From Candidatus Alloscybalousia sp. (GTDB lineage: Bacteria > Bacillota_I > Bacilli_A > RF39 > UBA660): a stretch of 55,354 nucleotides of DNA. A program made the position numbers and the translations under genes. The stretch covers positions 1 to 55,354 of the forward strand of contig JAZOBJ010000029.1 of NCBI GenBank assembly GCA_045595895.1, in the 5' to 3' direction. Each line of letters begins with the position of its first letter. Within the stretch, counting starts at the first letter, position 1. Below the pieces are notes generated by a model, which saw nothing but the letters and a program-made list of their open reading frames with translations, made no database searches and was not told where the DNA came from. Shown here piece by piece: positions 40,168 to 49,937 of the stretch.

Positions 40168-41133
40168 TTAATCCAAGCTATTACCACACAAGAAACAAGT
40201 TCTTACACTACTTTTCATTTGTGCGCCACATTTAGGACAAGTTATAAATTCACTATCCTGTTTTTCTATCGGTTGAACTAAAGGTTTTACTAAAGAAATT
40301 TTGGTTTCTTCTGTTTTTGTATCACCAAAAACTTCACTCGCTAAACTCTCTACTTGTGTTTTTGTTTCAGTATAATCAACAGAATTAGAAATATTAGATT
40401 CTACTACATCAACTGGTTTGACATCATACATTTGATTTTGGAACTCAGTATTTGTATCACTAGGTTCTTCTACCACTTCTTCCTCAATATAAGGAACAAA
40501 AGTTAATTTAGAAGGATCTATATTAGGTTTAACTTGTTTACCTTGAGGCTGAGACTTATAAATAGTCTGTTTATTATCAACATCTAATAACTCCTTAGTG
40601 TAATCATTTTGATAAACACCACCACCAATAGATATATTAAGTTGTTTAGAACCTTCATCCAATTTATCATGTACTGTTAATTCAGGATTTTCTTCTACTA
40701 TAACTGGAACTTCAACAACAGTAGACTTTTCTTCCATAGCTACAATATTAATTCCAATATATTCACTCTTACTAAAAGCTAATAATGGATAAAAAATAAA
40801 TGGCAAAAACGCAAGACCCCATGCGAAACTATCACTTCTTCTAAAAAATTTAACTAATAAAAAACATACCCTAACATATATAAATATATTAACTATTGGA
40901 ATTAACATCAAAATAAAATAATAACTGGGTAAATTAACTATTTCTAATAAAACCTTAATATTATAAAAAGGAATAATAGCTGATATACCAGAACGATTAG
41001 CTTTTTTATAAACTTTAGAAACAGAGATTAAAGTAAATACTAATAACGCTACTAATAAAATACATGCAATTATAATATATATAAAAGTTTGGTCTATATT
41101 TGTTTCAAAAACTGTAGGATAATCATTATACAT
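40168..41133 (-). CDS. DUF5684 membrane protein with C-terminal zinc ribbon
   Basis: KVYKKA...IIPFYN, IPIVN and CPKCG...CFLCG. Confidence 0.8.
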   Translation of the reverse strand: MYNDYPTVFETNIDQTFIYIIIACILLVALLVFTLISVSKVYKKANRSGISAIIPFYNIKVLLEIVNLPSYYFILMLIPIVNIFIYVRVCFLLVKFFRRSDSFAWGLAFLPFIFYPLLAFSKSEYIGINIVAMEEKSTVVEVPVIVEENPELTVHDKLDEGSKQLNISIGGGVYQNDYTKELLDVDNKQTIYKSQPQGKQVKPNIDPSKLTFVPYIEEEVVEEPSDTNTEFQNQMYDVKPVDVVESNISNSVDYTETKTQVESLASEVFGDTKTEETKISLVKPLVQPIEKQDSEFITCPKCGAQMKSSVRTCFLCGNSLD

Positions 41134-41242
41134 ATATACCCTCCTATTCTCATAATTTATTTTACCAAATATTTAAAAAAAGTTATATAGTTTTTAAAGA
41201 AAAATAAAAAACCCTGTCAAGCAGAGTTCCTATTCAAAAATA

Positions 41243-41319
41243 TGGTGACCAGTACGGGATTCGAACCCGTGAATGCCGCCGTGAAAGGGCGGTGTGTTAA
41301 GCCACTTCACCAACTGGCC
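41243..41319 (-). tRNA. tRNA-Glu(TTC)
   Basis: GGCCAGT...CTTTCAC...ACTGGTCACCA. Confidence 0.94.
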
Positions 41320-41322
41320 AAA

Positions 41323-41398
41323 TGGCGCCTGATGTAGGACTCGGACCTACGACCTATCGGTTAACAGCCGAGTGCTCTACCAGCTGAGCTAATCAGGC
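41323..41398 (-). tRNA. tRNA-Asn(GTT), T-loop TCCGAGT (C55)
   Basis: GCCTGAT...CTGTTAA...GTAGGTCCGAGTCCTAC ATCAGGCGCCA. Confidence 0.93.
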
Positions 41399-41530
41399 AC
41401 AATTACATAAAGCTATTTCATTATATAATACATTTTTTACTTTGGCAATACTTTTTTTAAATTTTTTTCCTAATTTTTACATAAAAAGAAGAGCATTAAC
41501 AATAAATACTCCTCTATTAATTAATTCTTA

Positions 41531-42907
41531 TTAGAAATCACAGTTTCCTGGTGTTCTTGGATATGGAATAACATCCCTAATATTTTCAACACCTGTCAAA
41601 TAAATTAGTAATCTTTCAAATCCCATACCAAATCCACTATGTACACATCCACCAAATCTTCTTAAGTTTAAGTACCAGTCCATTTCTTCAGTTGGAACTC
41701 CCATTTCTTTCATACGAGTAACCAGTTTATCATAGTTTTCTTCTCTTTGAGAACCACCCATTAATTCACCAGCACCAGGTACTTCTAAGTCTACAGCCGC
41801 AACAGTCTTTCCATCTGGATTTTGTTTCATATAGAATGCTTTAATATCTTTAGGCCAATTTGTAATAAATACTGGTCCATTGAAATATTCAGTAATATAT
41901 TTCTCATGTTCTTTAGCGATATCTTCACCATATTCAGGTGTAAATTCCCATTTAACATCAGCTTTCTTTAAAATAGTAATTACATCTTCATGACTAATTC
42001 TAGTAAACTCACTATTAACAAGTTTATTTAATTTATCTAATAGACCATTTTCAACAAACTTATCAAAAAATTCCATTTCATCTTTTGCATTTTCAAGTAC
42101 ATAATTAACTACAAACTTAAGCATATCTTCCATAACATCCATATCACCTTCTAGATCACAGAAAGCCATTTCAGGTTCAATCATCCAGAATTCATTAGCA
42201 TGTGTTTTAGTATTTGAATTTTCTGCTCTAAATGTTGGACCAAATGTATAAGTATTTTTAAATGCTAACGCAAAAGTTTCAGCTTCTAATTGACCAGATA
42301 CTGTTAAAGATGCTGGTTTATTAAAGAAATCTTTACTATAATCTACTTTTCCACCACTAGCTACCTTATCTAAATCAAGTGTAGTCACTTGAAACATTTC
42401 CCCTGCTCCTTCACAGTCACTAGCAGTAATAAGTGGTGCATGAAAATATACAAATCCTCTTTCTTGAAAATATGTATGAATTGCCATTGCAGCTAAACTT
42501 CTAACACGGAAAACTGCTTGAAATAAATTAGCTCTAGGTCTAAGATATGCAATTTCTCTTAAAAATTCACGAGAATGTTGTTTTGGTTGAAGTGGATAAT
42601 CATCACTACAGTCACCTTCTAATGTAATACTAGATGCTTTAATCTCATAATCTTGTCCAGCTCCTTCAGATTTAACCAAAGTACCAACAACACTTATAGC
42701 GCTACCATGTTTTAGGGCATCAATCCTATCAAAATCATTTGTTTCTTTATCATATACAACTTGCATATGTTTAAAGCATGTACCATCTGAAAAATCAATA
42801 AATCCAAATTCTTTTTGTTTACGATGTCTTCTAATCCATCCTTTTACAGTTATTTCTTTTCCAACATAACTTTCAATATCTTTAAATAATTCTCTTAAAT
42901 CTACCAT
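41531..42907 (-). CDS. asnS: Asparaginyl-tRNA synthetase
   Basis: CEGAGE, LTVSGQL, FRAENSNT and GGSQRE motifs. Confidence 0.96.
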   Translation of the reverse strand: MVDLRELFKDIESYVGKEITVKGWIRRHRKQKEFGFIDFSDGTCFKHMQVVYDKETNDFDRIDALKHGSAISVVGTLVKSEGAGQDYEIKASSITLEGDCSDDYPLQPKQHSREFLREIAYLRPRANLFQAVFRVRSLAAMAIHTYFQERGFVYFHAPLITASDCEGAGEMFQVTTLDLDKVASGGKVDYSKDFFNKPASLTVSGQLEAETFALAFKNTYTFGPTFRAENSNTKTHANEFWMIEPEMAFCDLEGDMDVMEDMLKFVVNYVLENAKDEMEFFDKFVENGLLDKLNKLVNSEFTRISHEDVITILKKADVKWEFTPEYGEDIAKEHEKYITEYFNGPVFITNWPKDIKAFYMKQNPDGKTVAAVDLEVPGAGELMGGSQREENYDKLVTRMKEMGVPTEEMDWYLNLRRFGGCVHSGFGMGFERLLIYLTGVENIRDVIPYPRTPGNCDF

Positions 42908-42925
42908 AATTTTACCTTCTTTCTT

Positions 42926-43171
42926 TTATTCTACTTCTTCAAAACGATATTCCTGATTAACATCAGGATATTTATTCTTATCTACTTTAGATAAAAACAT
43001 ATCATAATCTCTAACCCAAAACATACCATCACCATATAATGCTTTATACACAACTAACTTATGTGGTTCATCATCATTATTACTTTCAGAATCATAAGCC
43101 ACTGCAACAACCTCATATAAATTGCCCTTAAAGTGTTTATAAACCCCACCTACTTTTATTTTTCTTTCCAT
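42926..43171 (-). CDS. DUF1653-domain protein
   Basis: YKHFKGNLY, VVYKALYG, WVR..MF and QEYRF; start set at MERK. Confidence 0.9.
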   Translation of the reverse strand: MERKIKVGGVYKHFKGNLYEVVAVAYDSESNNDDEPHKLVVYKALYGDGMFWVRDYDMFLSKVDKNKYPDVNQEYRFEEVE

Positions 43172-43198
43172 TTTTACCTCTCTATAATAATATAACAT

Positions 43199-43472
43199 AA
43201 AAAGACTAGTCCATACCACATGCAAAAAATACATATGGGACGAAACTAGTCTTCCGCGGTGCCACCCAATTTATCATAAACATTAAATGTTTGAATTTAT
43301 GATCCCTTCGATTTCTAATAAAATCTAGTATTTTAACGGTTACTACCGGCTTATACTACTAACATTTCATATAAGCAACTCCAAAGTGTTTTTCATACTG
43401 TTTTTTATGTTAGCTTCCACCATACCTAACTCGCTTTATAAAAAAAGTAAAGTATTACTCCTCTTTTTCAAA
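43199..43472 (-). promoter_or_regulatory. T-box riboswitch (Asn specifier)
   Basis: Stem I with GGTG box and AAC specifier, CCGTTA element, TTGGGTGGCACCGCG T-box and AAGACTAGT/ACTAGTCTTTT terminator. Confidence 0.88.
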
Positions 43473-43584
43473 GTTGTTAATCAAATTATATTTCTATTTT
43501 TAATATATGTCAATATTAATTTTTAATACAAAAAATTAAAAAAGATTCATAATCATATGACCATGAACCATTGTACACATTAAA

Positions 43585-43661
<77 letters not shown>

Positions 43662-43803
43662 ATTTAATTAGTGAACATTTACATTCTACTATATTTTAAC
43701 GACCTTGACAAGTATTTTCTTTAAAAAAGTTAAATTTTTAAAAGAAAACTATATCTAATCCAATTTATGCAACTATTTCAATATAGTTTTCTTAAAAAAT
43801 ATA

Positions 43804-44343
43804 TTATTGATTTTTTTCTTCAAAGAATTTTAAAACATCCTCTTTTCCATAAATTCTTTCAACAACTTTTCTATTTTTAATTTTAACGATAGTTGGATTT
43901 ACTGCTTTAAAATCTACTAATCTAACTGGTTTTTCAATTAATTTTTCACCATCTTGTAATACATACTCTTTATTTAAATGTTTTTCCAAATCAATTATAT
44001 GAAATGGTAAACTCTTATCTTTACTAGTATAAGTATCTATTAAAGTTAAATAATAACTAGCGTAAGCATTAGTAAAATCAAATAATAATACATAATATTC
44101 ACTTTCACTACGGTTTAACATTTGTCCAACCATAATTTCTTCATATTGAATACTAACTTCTTCTTTTACTTCTTCTTTTTTCTTTTCACCAAACTTAATT
44201 TCACCACTTAATATTGCAGTTCCAAAATAAGTTAAAACAAGTACTACTAAAACACCAATAGATATTTTGATGATTTTGTTGTACTCCATGTCACTAGAAC
44301 TATTAGTTCTATATAAGTTTCTCTTCTGTTTTTTCTTTCCCAT
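43804..44343 (-). CDS. Membrane-anchored hypothetical protein, possibly thioredoxin-like fold without CxxC
   Basis: TM helix then YYVLLF...IIDL...PTIVKIKN; start set at MGKK. Confidence 0.65.
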   Translation of the reverse strand: MGKKKQKRNLYRTNSSSDMEYNKIIKISIGVLVVLVLTYFGTAILSGEIKFGEKKKEEVKEEVSIQYEEIMVGQMLNRSESEYYVLLFDFTNAYASYYLTLIDTYTSKDKSLPFHIIDLEKHLNKEYVLQDGEKLIEKPVRLVDFKAVNPTIVKIKNRKVVERIYGKEDVLKFFEEKNQ

Positions 44344-44411
44344 GTTAATCACCACAAACTTATTATAGCATGTACCCAAGAAAAATCAAATAAAAAAGAA
44401 GAATTACTCTT

Positions 44412-45458
44412 CTATTTCATAACCGGAATAACATTAACACTTCTAGCTATATCCAAAAGTTCATCCTGGCTCATAACATCACTTACTAAATAATAATCAA
44501 CACCATTACTACTCCATGTAACTGAACTATCTGTTAAAGCACCAACTGTATCTATTAATAAATATGGTTCCCCATAAGTAGGAATTATTGAAAATTCCTC
44601 TTCTATACTAGTTGTTTCTTCTACTAAAAGGAATGGTTTTTCACCTTCAAAAGTCATAATAACTCTTTCCCCGTCTGTCTTAGCTATTCTTTCCTCACTA
44701 GCTAAAACAGTACCTGTTGGGATATATAGTGGATAAATAATATCTTCTAATGTACTTGTAGTTTGATCACTTGGTATTTGGTTAGTATCAGTTTCTTGAT
44801 TATTACCAGGATTTGTACTATCTTCATTTATATTCATAATCTTATTTAAATCAAATGTATCACTATTAATAGTTGGATTAGTATCTATAGTCGCAAAAGT
44901 CATTGTCATTTGACTAATATCATTCTCATCTAATACACTTACCTTTTTAAGATTTAAATTTTTATCAAAAGTAACCATTTGTTTAACAAGTCTTCTATTA
45001 TTTGGATAATTTACATTAGTAGTAAATACATGACCATTATCATTACTTACTATACTTCTCTCTTCATCATTATTAATATCATCTAATATTGATTGAATTA
45101 AATAAACCTGTGAATTATTATTTGGCCAATCACTTTGAAATTTAAAACTTTTATTAAGTGCTGGTGTTAAAACATAAACACCTTCTTCATTCTTTAAAAT
45201 AATTTGTTCATGATTATTACTACGATTCTTTAAACTAACATAATATTTATCTTTCTTTTGATAAATAGCTTTAACATCATAATTATATACATCATCATTA
45301 TTAACTATTTCTAAATCACCAGTTAATTCATAAGCTTTTAAATTATTATATTTTTTAGAAATATCTTTTAACACATCATTACTATTATTCCCAAAACATC
45401 CTGTAATAAACACACAACATAAAGCTAATAAAACTAAAAATATTTTTTTCATTTTCAC
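44412..45458 (-). CDS. YdcC-like sporulation lipoprotein (LolA-like fold)
   Basis: Lipobox ITGC; QIILKNEEGVYVLTPALNKSFKFQSDWP. Confidence 0.85.
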   Translation of the reverse strand: MKMKKIFLVLLALCCVFITGCFGNNSNDVLKDISKKYNNLKAYELTGDLEIVNNDDVYNYDVKAIYQKKDKYYVSLKNRSNNHEQIILKNEEGVYVLTPALNKSFKFQSDWPNNNSQVYLIQSILDDINNDEERSIVSNDNGHVFTTNVNYPNNRRLVKQMVTFDKNLNLKKVSVLDENDISQMTMTFATIDTNPTINSDTFDLNKIMNINEDSTNPGNNQETDTNQIPSDQTTSTLEDIIYPLYIPTGTVLASEERIAKTDGERVIMTFEGEKPFLLVEETTSIEEEFSIIPTYGEPYLLIDTVGALTDSSVTWSSNGVDYYLVSDVMSQDELLDIARSVNVIPVMK

Positions 45459-45477
45459 TCCTCATTTCTTTCAATTA

Positions 45478-45506
45478 ATACTATGAAGTAAAAAAATACA
45501 TTATTC
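45478..45506 (-). promoter_or_regulatory. SigE-type promoter of the ydcC-like gene
   Basis: ATA-16 nt-CATAGTAT. Confidence 0.55.
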
Positions 45507-45565
45507 ATGAATATTTTCATAAAAACTGCTTATCATAATACTGAAATAAGAAAAAGGAGGATTTT

Positions 45566-45760
45566 ATGCAAACATTACAGAAAGTAGCATTAGTATTTAT
45601 TATAATAGGTGCTATCAATTGGGGACTAATTGGATTATTCGAATTTAACCTAGTTGAAACATTATTCGGAACAGATAATGTTATAACTAATATCGTATAT
45701 GTTTTAGTTGGTATCTCTGGTATTATTGATATTAGCTTATTATTTAATGATTATGAATAA
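45566..45760 (+). CDS. DUF378 (YuzA-like) membrane protein
   Basis: IIGAINWGLIG motif. Confidence 0.9.
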   Translation: MQTLQKVALVFIIIGAINWGLIGLFEFNLVETLFGTDNVITNIVYVLVGISGIIDISLLFNDYE

Positions 45761-45821
45761 AAAAAGAATGAACCAAATCATTCTTAAACCACTCTGTTAA
45801 CACCAAATGTTAACAGTTTTT

Positions 45822-46694
45822 TTATATAAACTTATAAACTACAAATATAATAATAGCTATAACTACAACTATAAATGAACCTATTAAAATCTTAGGAACT
45901 ATACCCATCTTCTTTTCATCTAAGAAAGAGATATCTTCTTCATTCTCAAATTCAAAATCTTGTTCAGATAAATCCATAGATCTAGTATAGAAAGAATCAT
46001 CAATTTCAGATAAAGCTTCTTTTAAATCTTCTGTTTTTTCTTTTATTTCTTCAACTTTATCAAATAGTTCCTGTGTACCAACAGTTTCCTCATCTTCACG
46101 ACTAGGCAATAAATCACCAAGTAATTCATCATCAATTCTCTTTCTTAAACTATTAGAAGTTATAGTATGAATTAATTCCTCTAAATTTTCTTCCTCTTCT
46201 TTAGAAAGTTTCTTTTGCTTATTTTCATGATATTCCTTAACCATTTCTTGATTTAAATCAGTTAAAATACTATATTCAACGCTCTTTAAACGCCTTTTTT
46301 TAGCTAGTTCATCTTCTTCACTTCTGTTTTTTCTAGCATCCTCTAAAATATCATTAATATTATAATTTTTCTCTCTTTTATCTTCATAAACAATTTCTCT
46401 ATCAACATAGGAATTATTTTTTCTAATTCCCTCATCTTGATTTAGAATTTTAGCCCTTTGATATTTTTCACGACTATTAATGTTATCATTATTCACTTCA
46501 CTTAAATCAATAACATTTGTAGGCGCACCACTAACAAACTCTGTGAATACTTTATTGGTATTTACTCTTTCATATAAATTCTCATTTTTAGAAAGACGAC
46601 TATTACTAGTCTTAATAGAATCATCTTGCTTTGAATGATATTTTTCCATTCTACTTGACATTCTATCACCCCTTATCATATATATTAATATCAT
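45822..46694 (-). CDS. Acidic hypothetical protein with C-terminal TM anchor
   Basis: SRMEKY start region and C-terminal hydrophobic helix; start probably MSSR. Confidence 0.75.
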   Translation of the reverse strand: MILIYMIRGDRMSSRMEKYHSKQDDSIKTSNSRLSKNENLYERVNTNKVFTEFVSGAPTNVIDLSEVNNDNINSREKYQRAKILNQDEGIRKNNSYVDREIVYEDKREKNYNINDILEDARKNRSEEDELAKKRRLKSVEYSILTDLNQEMVKEYHENKQKKLSKEEEENLEELIHTITSNSLRKRIDDELLGDLLPSREDEETVGTQELFDKVEEIKEKTEDLKEALSEIDDSFYTRSMDLSEQDFEFENEEDISFLDEKKMGIVPKILIGSFIVVVIAIIIFVVYKFI

Positions 46695-46768
46695 ACCATA
46701 AAATATAAGAAAGAAAAAGTTTTTTTATTTATGATTTTTTGGTATAATTCATATAGAGGAGGAAGTAT

Positions 46769-46984
46769 ATGAAAACAAGAGTAAAAAAAGATACTTGTAT
46801 CGGATGTGGTGCATGTACAGTAATAGCTGATAAAATTTTTCAAATTGGTGATGATGGTTTAGCTGAAGTTATTAATCCAACTGAAAACGAAGATAAAATT
46901 ATGGAAGTTCCTGAGGAAGAAAAAGAAAACGTAGTTGATGCTTCTGAAAGCTGTCCTACTGGAGCTATTGAAGTTAATGAATAA
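46769..46984 (+). CDS. fer: Monocluster ferredoxin
   Basis: CIGCGAC...CPTGAI. Confidence 0.92.
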   Translation: MKTRVKKDTCIGCGACTVIADKIFQIGDDGLAEVINPTENEDKIMEVPEEEKENVVDASESCPTGAIEVNE

Positions 46985-47007
46985 AAAAATAAAAGTGTAA
47001 TCCACTT

Positions 47008-47730
47008 TTATTTTTTATTTGCCAAAACATATAATTTACTTATTTCTTTATTGCTAAGTTTTCTACATTCACCAGATGTAAGACCAAGTGTGGTTAAGAA
47101 TGCAATTCTTTCTCTTTTTAATTTATCTACTCTATAACCAACAGCTTCAAACATCCTCTTAACCTGATGATTTTTACCTTCATGAATAGTAATTTCTACC
47201 ATTGAATGATTAGATTTAGTATCAACTTTTTTTACTTTAACACGACTAGCTCTAACAACTACACCATCAATACTAACCCCATCTTCTAATTTATGAACAG
47301 CTTCGCCATTTATAATTCCTTCTATCTTAGCTACATATACTTTATCTATATTACTACTAGGATGCATTATCATATTAGCAAATTCACCATCATTAGTAAG
47401 AATAAGTACACCCGTTGTATCATAATCAAGCCTACCTACTGGATAAATTCTTTTATCAGTATCAATTAAATCAACAACAGTTTTTCTATTCTTATCATCA
47501 CTAGTAGTAGTAACAACACCCCTTGGTTTATTAAGTAAAAAATAAACCTTTTCTTCAGTTCCAATAACATTACCATTTACTAATACTTCATCTTTATCAC
47601 TAACTTTAGTTCCAAGTTCAGTTACTACTCGACCATTTACCATAACTTTACCTTCTTGAATTAATTCTTCAGCTTTTCTTCTAGAACAGTAACCACTATT
47701 AGCTATAACCTTCTGTAATCTTTCCATCAT
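47008..47730 (-). CDS. rluB: 23S rRNA pseudouridine synthase (RsuA/RluB family)
   Basis: ERLQK, SRRKAE, VGRLDYDT and EGKNHQVKRM. Confidence 0.92.
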   Translation of the reverse strand: MMERLQKVIANSGYCSRRKAEELIQEGKVMVNGRVVTELGTKVSDKDEVLVNGNVIGTEEKVYFLLNKPRGVVTTTSDDKNRKTVVDLIDTDKRIYPVGRLDYDTTGVLILTNDGEFANMIMHPSSNIDKVYVAKIEGIINGEAVHKLEDGVSIDGVVVRASRVKVKKVDTKSNHSMVEITIHEGKNHQVKRMFEAVGYRVDKLKRERIAFLTTLGLTSGECRKLSNKEISKLYVLANKK

Positions 47731-47745
47731 TACCTCCTGTTTAGA

Positions 47746-47928
47746 TTATCTAGTTTTTTCTTGTATATCTAATTTTATTTCTTCACTTTCAAATTTGATT
47801 TGTTGTTTTAGAATGTTTAGTACCTGTGGTAGTAAATCATTAGGAACAACTTCTAATAGTTCTTCAATTTCATAGTTACCACTTTCTATTATTTTTTTTA
47901 TTTTTATTAGTATTTCTTGATTTCCCAT
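47746..47928 (-). CDS. Small hypothetical protein (60 aa), partner of the upstream gene
   Basis: MGNQEILIKIKKII...; start 1 nt after the upstream stop; AGGGAAG RBS-like sequence. Confidence 0.6.
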   Translation of the reverse strand: MGNQEILIKIKKIIESGNYEIEELLEVVPNDLLPQVLNILKQQIKFESEEIKLDIQEKTR

Positions 47929-47929
47929 A

Positions 47930-49366
47930 TTATCTACTTCCCTTTCTTCTGTTTTCATCAATATAATTAAATAGTCTACTTTCAACAATACTACTATTTT
48001 GCAATTCTTTTTCTAATAATTGTGATGTTGAAATATCAATACTATTATATCTTGATGCAATATTTCCATACGTATTACGATCATTATTATCTTTTTTAAC
48101 AAAAGCACCAACTATTAAATAATTATTTTCTGAAAGATGCTTATATACAATTCTTACTTGGTCCCATCTTAATTCACGATATTCTTTCATTTGCTTATGA
48201 ATCGCTTTAAAAGACTTATCCATGTCTGGTGCTAGTCTATCATATTTTTTATCTTCTATTAGTTTTTTTACCTTTGATAAATATTCTTCAGGAAAATCTT
48301 TAATATCTTTTTCTAAATATGTAGTTTCACCATTAGAAAGTAATTGGTAAAAAATATTATTAACAGGAGTAGCATTATCAACTACTTCACTTTCTTTTTC
48401 CTGTTTTAATTTATAAAGATATTTTTGTCTTTGATTATTATATAAATACTGGATTTTACTATATTTATATTTACATTCATTATATTCCTGTAATACTACT
48501 TTTCTAAGTTCAATATCTTTATAAATTTCAGGATCAGAAATAGAATTAATACTTTCATTTAATTCATTAATTAAATAATTTAGTACATTTTTATAAATAT
48601 AACAAAACTCTTCAAAAGTATAATTATCAGATTCTAATTCAGGCATCAATTCAATAACATCTTCAACATTACTACACATTTTTATACTTGTATTAAAAGA
48701 ATCTATTAATGGTTTGAATTTATCTTTGTATTCAATTCTTTCAAGCTCATCTATATCATATTTTTCATATTTTTCTTCTAACATGTTAAAGACAGTATAA
48801 CTTATTTTACTTTTATCTTCATGTTTTACTCTAATATTATGAATTCTAATAGATTCTAAAATTATAATTTGATCCTTTGGAGAATATTGATACTGTTGCA
48901 TAAATTTAGTTAATAAATCAATTTGTAATGAAGTAATTAATCCATAATATTTAAAATTACTTAGTATTCTACGATATTCAATTATAGTTGTTGTTTTAAT
49001 AGAAATTTGATTTTTTAATAGTTCATGTTGATTAGAAAAATACTCTAAATCAGAATTGAATTTTGTTTTTAGTAATTCTATTTTTTTATTAGAATTTTCT
49101 TGGTCATTTGAGTAGATACATGAAAGTATTTTATCATATATATTATTTGCTTCTACTTCACCATAAACAATAGGTAGAGATAATCCTAATTGGAAACTAT
49201 TTTTAGTCATTTCTTCAGTACTAGTATTTTTTAAATAGTTAATAATTTCATTTAATACATCTTTTTTTACTACTAGACTTTCTAGTTCTTGTTTTATGTT
49301 TTCATAATTTTTTATTTCAGTATATAGTTTACTTTTTAAAGCATTAATATGTTCTTTCAGTTGCAT
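47930..49366 (-). CDS. 478-aa helical protein with C-terminal RelE/ParE-like domain
   Basis: C-terminal YLEKDIK...YRELRWDQVRIVYK...YLIVGAFVKK resembles the RelE/HigB RNase fold. Confidence 0.65.
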   Translation of the reverse strand: MQLKEHINALKSKLYTEIKNYENIKQELESLVVKKDVLNEIINYLKNTSTEEMTKNSFQLGLSLPIVYGEVEANNIYDKILSCIYSNDQENSNKKIELLKTKFNSDLEYFSNQHELLKNQISIKTTTIIEYRRILSNFKYYGLITSLQIDLLTKFMQQYQYSPKDQIIILESIRIHNIRVKHEDKSKISYTVFNMLEEKYEKYDIDELERIEYKDKFKPLIDSFNTSIKMCSNVEDVIELMPELESDNYTFEEFCYIYKNVLNYLINELNESINSISDPEIYKDIELRKVVLQEYNECKYKYSKIQYLYNNQRQKYLYKLKQEKESEVVDNATPVNNIFYQLLSNGETTYLEKDIKDFPEEYLSKVKKLIEDKKYDRLAPDMDKSFKAIHKQMKEYRELRWDQVRIVYKHLSENNYLIVGAFVKKDNNDRNTYGNIASRYNSIDISTSQLLEKELQNSSIVESRLFNYIDENRRKGSR

Positions 49367-49415
49367 TTATACCACTCCTTTTTGATAAGTACATTATACC
49401 ATAAATCACTATTAA

Positions 49416-49937
49416 TTAAAAGAAAATACTAACAAGCACTACACTCATAATTAAAGTAACTAAATCAGCAAATAAACCAGCTTTTAAAGCATATCTAATA
49501 TTCTTAATCCCAATACTACCAAAATATAAACTAATTACATAAATAGTAGTATCAGTAGCACCTTGCATAACGGATACAATTCTTCCTAAATACGAATCAA
49601 CACCATACATCTTAATCATATCAATCATTACCGCAAAACTAGCATTACCAGATATTGGTCTAATAATAGCCATAGGAAGTACTTCAACTGGTATTTTAAT
49701 AAAATCAAAAATAGGTTTCAAAAAAATAAAAATATTGTCAAGAATCCCACTCTTAAGTAAAATATTAATTCCAAATATCATCCCAATTAAATATGGAAAA
49801 ATACTAATTCCCATACCAATTCCTTCTTTAGCACCATCTACAAATTCATCATATACATTTACTTTTTTAATAACCGCTACACCTATAATAATAAGTACAA
49901 CAACAGGTATTAACATATTTCCAATATTATTTATCAT
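49416..49937 (-). CDS. spmB: Spore maturation protein B
   Basis: VYDEFVDGAKEG, RPISG and TTIYV..YFG. Confidence 0.93.
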   Translation of the reverse strand: MINNIGNMLIPVVVLIIIGVAVIKKVNVYDEFVDGAKEGIGMGISIFPYLIGMIFGINILLKSGILDNIFIFLKPIFDFIKIPVEVLPMAIIRPISGNASFAVMIDMIKMYGVDSYLGRIVSVMQGATDTTIYVISLYFGSIGIKNIRYALKAGLFADLVTLIMSVVLVSIFF

